The notes beneath the pieces were generated by a model that ran no database searches, was not told where the DNA came from, and worked only from the letters and a program-made list of their open reading frames with translations. From Candidatus Binatia bacterium (GTDB taxonomy: Bacteria > Desulfobacterota > Binatia > Bin18), in contig CAXXHG010000008.1 in the NCBI GenBank assembly GCA_963666315.2, positions 96,001 to 160,000 on the forward strand: DNA of 64,000 nt, read 5' to 3'. A program made the translations under genes and the position numbers. Within the stretch, counting starts at the first letter, position 1, and every line of letters starts with the position of its first letter. Positions 59,240 through 64,000 of the stretch are shown in pieces.

Positions 59240-59609
59240 GTTGTCCTTCCATGATGTACGGATGAGGAAAATCCTGTACCTATTCACTTCTCTCTACTCA
59301 AGACATATTGATTACATTCCCGAGAGTCAACCAATGGCAAACTCGTGGAGTTATGTATCGTATGAATTGGTGCACGTGGCGTGCTTGGCCTGACTCGATC
59401 CTATCTTTGCGCTCTCATCGCCCCCGTGTATGGTTATCGACGTGAACAGCCAAGTCCAGAGCCTGCCGTCTGGCACCTACCAGGCAGAAGATACACCCCT
59501 GACCCAAGTCCGCACTGGCTCTCATCCACACGGCTGCGGCTCCTGCTTGACCTGATTGCAGCTCCACCGGATCCAGTTGAACAACGAGCGACCCTGGTCA
59601 TTGTCCAAC

Positions 59610-60194
59610 TTGGTTGGTCACTATACCCCCGCATCTCGTCTCGCATCCGCAATGCCGCATACAGTGTCCGCTGCGGATGGTCCTCATGCGCAATCGGCGC
59701 ACCGAACAAGGCAAAGATGCCGTCGCCCAAGGCTTACGCCACATACCCGTCATAGCGATGCACGACATCCATCATCAGTTGCAAGGCCGGGTCGATAATC
59801 GCACGGGCGTCTTCGGGGTCGAGCCCCTCGATGAGGGCGGTAGAACCTTTGAGGTCCGCAAACAGGGCGGTGATGGTTTTCGGCTCGCCATCTGCTGCGC
59901 CACGGGATTCCATCGCTTGCTGTTCGGCGCGGATACGCTCGGCCAGATGGGGGGGTGTAGGTTGAGGGGGGTTGGGGGCTGAGAGGACGGTGGTGGCGCG
60001 CCGGCGGCTCCCACCCAGACTAACACCTCGCCATCTTTATCGACTGCAAGCTCTTGCCCTTTGATAAGTTCAAACTTGAGATCGTCCAGCGCCTCATCAT
60101 CCAGGGCAAACGGGCGCTTGAGCGTCCGGTAAGTCAGTCGTCCTTGACTCTGCAGTAAGGCTTTCGCTTGCTCTATAATCGCAACAAAATCCAT
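59610..60194 (-). pseudogene. N-terminal fragment of an adenylate/guanylate cyclase-AAA-TPR protein
   Basis: MDF.AII.Q..ALLQ..GRLTYRTLKR.F.LDD; KTITALFADLKGST, GDGIFALFGAPIAHEDHPQR; frameshift, internal stop at 59734, truncation near 59610. Confidence 0.88.
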
Positions 60195-60331
60195 GCACGT
60201 GCAGCGGCGGCGGTGGATTGTATAGGAGTGCGACCGCGAGGGATAGACGCTGTCTTAAGCATTCATAGAGGCGTACGGACTCGATTTGCAGAGAAACGGA
60301 ACACCCAGTGACTTTTCTTTTTTTCTGCCGT

Positions 60332-60385
60332 GCTGGTCATAATGCGCGTTATCAGCCGTAATTTCAGCCCCACAACATTGACTGA
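60332..60385. repeat. dif/Xer-like recombination-site repeat, copy B
   Basis: CATAA-TGCGCG-TTATCAGCCGT core; direct repeat of 48511-48558. Confidence 0.65.
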
Positions 60386-60677
60386 GCAGCGGGCTTATCT
60401 GCCTCGACGCGACGCGCAGCCGGTGCGGAGTGGGGGAGGTCAGGGCAAGCGAGTGTGGAGGCTGGACCACCGGAGCAGTGAGCGCAGCGCTGCTGTAGCG
60501 GAAAGCGAAGGTGGACGCAACGTGACGCGCGGCGGCAAACATAGTAAACAATAACTGCAATGGCCCGGTGGCAGCCCCTTCTACCTTGCTTTCGTACTCC
60601 GGTGTATGGGTGGATTTGCCGAAGGCGTAGGCGTCGCTGGACTGATGCTCGCAACTTCGACGTACGCCGTTTGGTGC

Positions 60678-61877
60678 CTACAGCGGTGACCCACTAGGCA
60701 GCCCGACCAAGGTGCGTCCGTATGCCTCCATACCCGACTCGAATTGGAGGGCGAGATGTTGGCCGACCGCATGCGTGTCGCGCCAAATCCGCTGCACAGG
60801 GTGCTGGAGATACAGGGCCCGGCCGCCGCTTAACTCAAACAGTCGATCTACGATTCGGGTGGATTGCCGCACGATATAGCTGCGCCAGGCATAGTATCGG
60901 GCCCGCGCCTGCTCTGTAGGTACCTGTCGCTCATGGCCATACATAGCCATGAGTTCCTCGGCGTACCGGAGCATCAGCCCTTCCAGCGCGTCGAGTGTTG
61001 TGGAGCCTTCGGCCAAGGCGATCTGGGCAGCGGCCGTCCCGGGCGGGGGGGTGTCGCTCGTGCCGTATATGGGGACGCGTGTCTGCGTCCACTGCTGAAA
61101 ATGCGCAATAGCCGACCGCGCAGACCCGACGGCTGCCGGCACCAGCGAGAGACCTAGGGTGGGTATAAAAGGAAGCTGATACAACGGCCCTGGATGCAAC
61201 TGTTGCCCAGGCGAGGCACCGGTCCGTTCCGCACGCTCTAACCAGTAGACCCGGTGGTGGGGCACGAACGCGTCTTCTACGACGATCGTATTACTATCGG
61301 TGCCCTGCATGCCCACGACATGCCACTGGTCGTTGAGGCGGTAATCCGTCTTAGGAAGAAACAGCATAGTCCATTCGGGGGGCGCGTCCTGCTCCGGGGC
61401 AATGCGTGCCCCGACCGCGACCCAATCGCTGCACCACAATCCGCTCAAAAAGCTCCACTTGCCACTGAGTTGGTATCCCCCGGGGACCTCGTGAACGATG
61501 CCCATAGGAGCGAACGAGTCGGCCATCAGCACGGTCGAATCTTTTCCCCAGATCTCGTGTTGCAATTCAGGTTCGACATAGCCGATCCAGAAATTATGGA
61601 TGCCCAAAATACAAAACACCCAGCCGGTTGAGGTATCGCCCTTGGCAATCTCAGTCGCCACCTGTACGAAGGTCCCTAAGTCTAGCTCATACCCTCCCCA
61701 GTGGGTCGGCTGGAGGATGCGGAGTAACCCGGAGTCTCTCATCGCGTGCATGAGGTCCTCGGGCAGTCGGCGTTGCTGTTCGATTGCCTGCGCTCGCTCC
61801 GCAGCCATCTGCGCGATCCCATGGGCGCGTTCAAGCAAGGAGTCCAACGTCATTTTGGGTTGTTGATTCTCGCGCAT
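60678..61877 (-). CDS. Group D flavin-dependent monooxygenase (HsaA-like, acyl-CoA dehydrogenase fold)
   Basis: GLLRILQP.HWGG, STGWV, GKWSFLSG, WHVVGMQGTDS, FVPHHR, QRIWRD.HA..QH. Confidence 0.88.
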   Translation of the reverse strand: MRENQQPKMTLDSLLERAHGIAQMAAERAQAIEQQRRLPEDLMHAMRDSGLLRILQPTHWGGYELDLGTFVQVATEIAKGDTSTGWVFCILGIHNFWIGYVEPELQHEIWGKDSTVLMADSFAPMGIVHEVPGGYQLSGKWSFLSGLWCSDWVAVGARIAPEQDAPPEWTMLFLPKTDYRLNDQWHVVGMQGTDSNTIVVEDAFVPHHRVYWLERAERTGASPGQQLHPGPLYQLPFIPTLGLSLVPAAVGSARSAIAHFQQWTQTRVPIYGTSDTPPPGTAAAQIALAEGSTTLDALEGLMLRYAEELMAMYGHERQVPTEQARARYYAWRSYIVRQSTRIVDRLFELSGGRALYLQHPVQRIWRDTHAVGQHLALQFESGMEAYGRTLVGLPSGSPL

Positions 61878-61997
61878 GCCTTCCCTCAATTTTGTCAGCG
61901 CAGCGTTTATTCCATGTCTACTAGGAATTGATCAGTCATTGAGTCACCTTCGCACTCCGCACTGGGATCTTGCAATCGTCCCCGCCAGCTGTTCACT

Positions 61998-63236
61998 CTA
62001 AGCTTTGCTGTGGCCCTGATCGCCTGAATCGGCGGCGTCGAGTTCGGGAAGCACCTGGGTCAGGAACACGCCCAGCTCATCGAGCATGAGCTCCTTGGGG
62101 CAATGCGCGTAATGCCAGATGAGCGTGATGTATTCGCACGGCAGCCTGTCGTAGATATCGCGCCATTGCGCCTTGAGCTGCTCCACGGTTCCGCCCAGGA
62201 AAATGCCGCTGTCCTTCATGCTCTGCACAGTGGCGTCTGTATTGTCGAACTTCGGTATGCCATCGTAAAACGTTGAGTAATGCTGTACCCACATTTCGTA
62301 ATCGTAGCGCAGCAACTTGCCGGTGAATTCCGCTTCGTTTCGACCTAGATGAATCCAGCGCGCGATATTCTGTCGTGCGCCGAGTGCGTATTCCGATCCG
62401 GCGGCCCGCGCCTCTTCAACATACAGCGTGGCGAATTCAACTAAGGTATCGAGACCGGTGAAGTAGGTTGGCCGAAATCCATGTTGGGCCAGAAAGGGAA
62501 CCGAGGCGGCACTGCCGCTCATTGGTACGAAGACCGGGGGATACGGATCGCTATACGGACTCGGAACCACACTCACTCGTCTGATCGCGCCGTCGGGTCC
62601 GAGTTCTCCCAGCGCGCCCGCCGTCTCGATACTCTTACGCGCAGGGTAACCCTGGATGCCGGTTTCATATGGATAGGGAATCTCGTAATGGGACTCTTTA
62701 GTCTCCACCGATTCCTGCTGCCAGCACTGCAGTAAGATGCGCGTGCGCTCCTCGAACAGCTCACGGTTTCTTCGGTCAGCCGCGCTGCCATCGGAAAGGG
62801 TCGCAACGGCCCCGAAATGTTGACCCAGGATATCCATCCAGCGCGACTGGTAGCCACGTGTCAGGCCGACGAAGAAGCGGCCATTGGTCATGTGATCGAG
62901 GATGGCCGTTTCCTCGGCGACCCGGATCGGATCACGGGTCGCCATCACATAGCCCAACGCGCCCACGTAGGCATGCTTGACCTGGGTGGCCCACCAGGCG
63001 TTCAGCACCCCGGGATTAGGGCCGACTTCGTATCCCTCGGAGTGGAGGTGGTGCTCGATCGTACTGATCCCCCAAACGCCCATCTCGTCGAGTTCCTTGA
63101 CGAGGCCGAGTGTTTCATGCAGCACCTGATGATACACCTCGCGATTGCGTCCAAGCGGACGCTTGCGTTCACGATCTGCCCGGTCTTCGGCAGGAAGCAC
63201 GGGATAGATTTGGACAATCACTTTGGGAGTTGCCAT
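61998..63236 (-). CDS. LLM-class flavin-dependent oxidoreductase
   Basis: IEHHLHSEG, DPIRVAEETAILDH, RGYQSRW, VPSPYSDPYPP. Confidence 0.9.
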   Translation of the reverse strand: MATPKVIVQIYPVLPAEDRADRERKRPLGRNREVYHQVLHETLGLVKELDEMGVWGISTIEHHLHSEGYEVGPNPGVLNAWWATQVKHAYVGALGYVMATRDPIRVAEETAILDHMTNGRFFVGLTRGYQSRWMDILGQHFGAVATLSDGSAADRRNRELFEERTRILLQCWQQESVETKESHYEIPYPYETGIQGYPARKSIETAGALGELGPDGAIRRVSVVPSPYSDPYPPVFVPMSGSAASVPFLAQHGFRPTYFTGLDTLVEFATLYVEEARAAGSEYALGARQNIARWIHLGRNEAEFTGKLLRYDYEMWVQHYSTFYDGIPKFDNTDATVQSMKDSGIFLGGTVEQLKAQWRDIYDRLPCEYITLIWHYAHCPKELMLDELGVFLTQVLPELDAADSGDQGHSKA

Positions 63237-63345
63237 TGTATGCTCCTTCGCGCTGATGCAGCGAACTAAGGGCGACTAGTCCAGAGCCCAGGTTGTGTTA
63301 GCATACCCCCACTGCGTGTAATGGCAACGTGTCCGGTGTGCTTGT

Positions 63346-64000
63346 ATGAAAATAGAAATCAGCCGCGTGGAAAGCGTCTTTGAGGGGATGTCATTCGGTA
63401 GCGCCGGCACGTATGAAAAAATCGCAGGCCGGGCGTTTGGCGCAGTGGATCCCGCCCAGCGGCGCAACCAAGAAATCGTCAATCTCGACAAGGCGCCGAA
63501 GAACGCCGCAGGCCGAGTGGAATACTCGGTGGATTTCTGTCTGCTGAAACCTACCGATATCAGCAAGAGTAATCGACGCATTCTCTACGACACGTCCAAT
63601 CGCGGTGACAAGCTCGCACTGATCGACATCAACGATGCGCAGAAAGGCCCGACCTCAAACGATCCAACAACCGGCGTCGATGCCGGCAACGGCTTCCTCA
63701 TGCGACAGGGATACGTGATCTTGTTCAGCGCATGGCAGGGAGATGTTCAGCCGGGAGAGGATCACATGGTCGCTCACTATCCGGTTGCGACCAACAACGG
63801 CGAGCCCATCGTGGCAGCCTCACGCGAGGAAGTGATATTCGGCCATACCAATAGCCCGGCAATCGCACCGCTTACGTATCCAGCCAATACGTTGGATCAG
63901 GGCGGTGCTACACTGACGGTCAGACAACACGAGAAGGACGCGCGAGCGTCGGTCCCGGCGCAGCACTGGCGCTATCGTTCACCCACGCAAATCGAAATCT
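63346..64000 (+). CDS. Alpha/beta hydrolase domain-containing protein (partial, runs off the window)
   Basis: Manual translation MKIEISRVESVFEGMSFGSAGTYEKIAGRAFG.VDP...IVNLDKAP.NAAGRVEY...LYD..NRG...GNGFLMRQGY...AWQGD. Confidence 0.8.
   Translation, partial: MKIEISRVESVFEGMSFGSAGTYEKIAGRAFGAVDPAQRRNQEIVNLDKAPKNAAGRVEYSVDFCLLKPTDISKSNRRILYDTSNRGDKLALIDINDAQKGPTSNDPTTGVDAGNGFLMRQGYVILFSAWQGDVQPGEDHMVAHYPVATNNGEPIVAASREEVIFGHTNSPAIAPLTYPANTLDQGGATLTVRQHEKDARASVPAQHWRYRSPTQIEI

Noticed and set aside
1-64000. Numerous antisense and nested ORFs in the six-frame track
   Set aside because: They overlap well-supported genes and are expected shadows in GC-rich DNA.

Overview
This 64-kb window is GC-rich bacterial DNA. 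Its gene families (many luciferase-like monooxygenases, Rieske oxygenases, a DUF1329 protein, adenylate cyclase-AAA-TPR fragments) resemble Ca. Binatota/Tectomicrobia-like deltaproteobacteria; this taxonomy is inference. Main content: (i) an LLM-Rieske-SnoaL-formamidase operon ending in an unknown Cys/His protein; (ii) an N,N-dimethylformamidase small+large subunit pair followed by a 2OG-Fe(II) dioxygenase; (iii) a complete N-methylglutamate methylamine pathway (mgsABC, mgdBCDA, gmaS) directly preceded by an M55 metallo-amidase; (iv) a damaged aromatic meta-cleavage operon; (v) a HigBA toxin-antitoxin pair and a SoxR-like MerR module; (vi) an ~11.8-kb plastic segment (48.5-60.4 kb) bounded by two direct copies of a 48-bp dif/Xer-like site. 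That segment holds a fragmented adenylate cyclase gene, IS256/IS6/IS3 remnants and a secreted FGE/C-type-lectin-fold gene with hallmarks of a diversity-generating retroelement target. Many frameshifts fall in homopolymers and are probably sequencing errors. No rRNA, tRNA or CRISPR array was seen. All assignments come from motif recognition by eye; no database searches were run.
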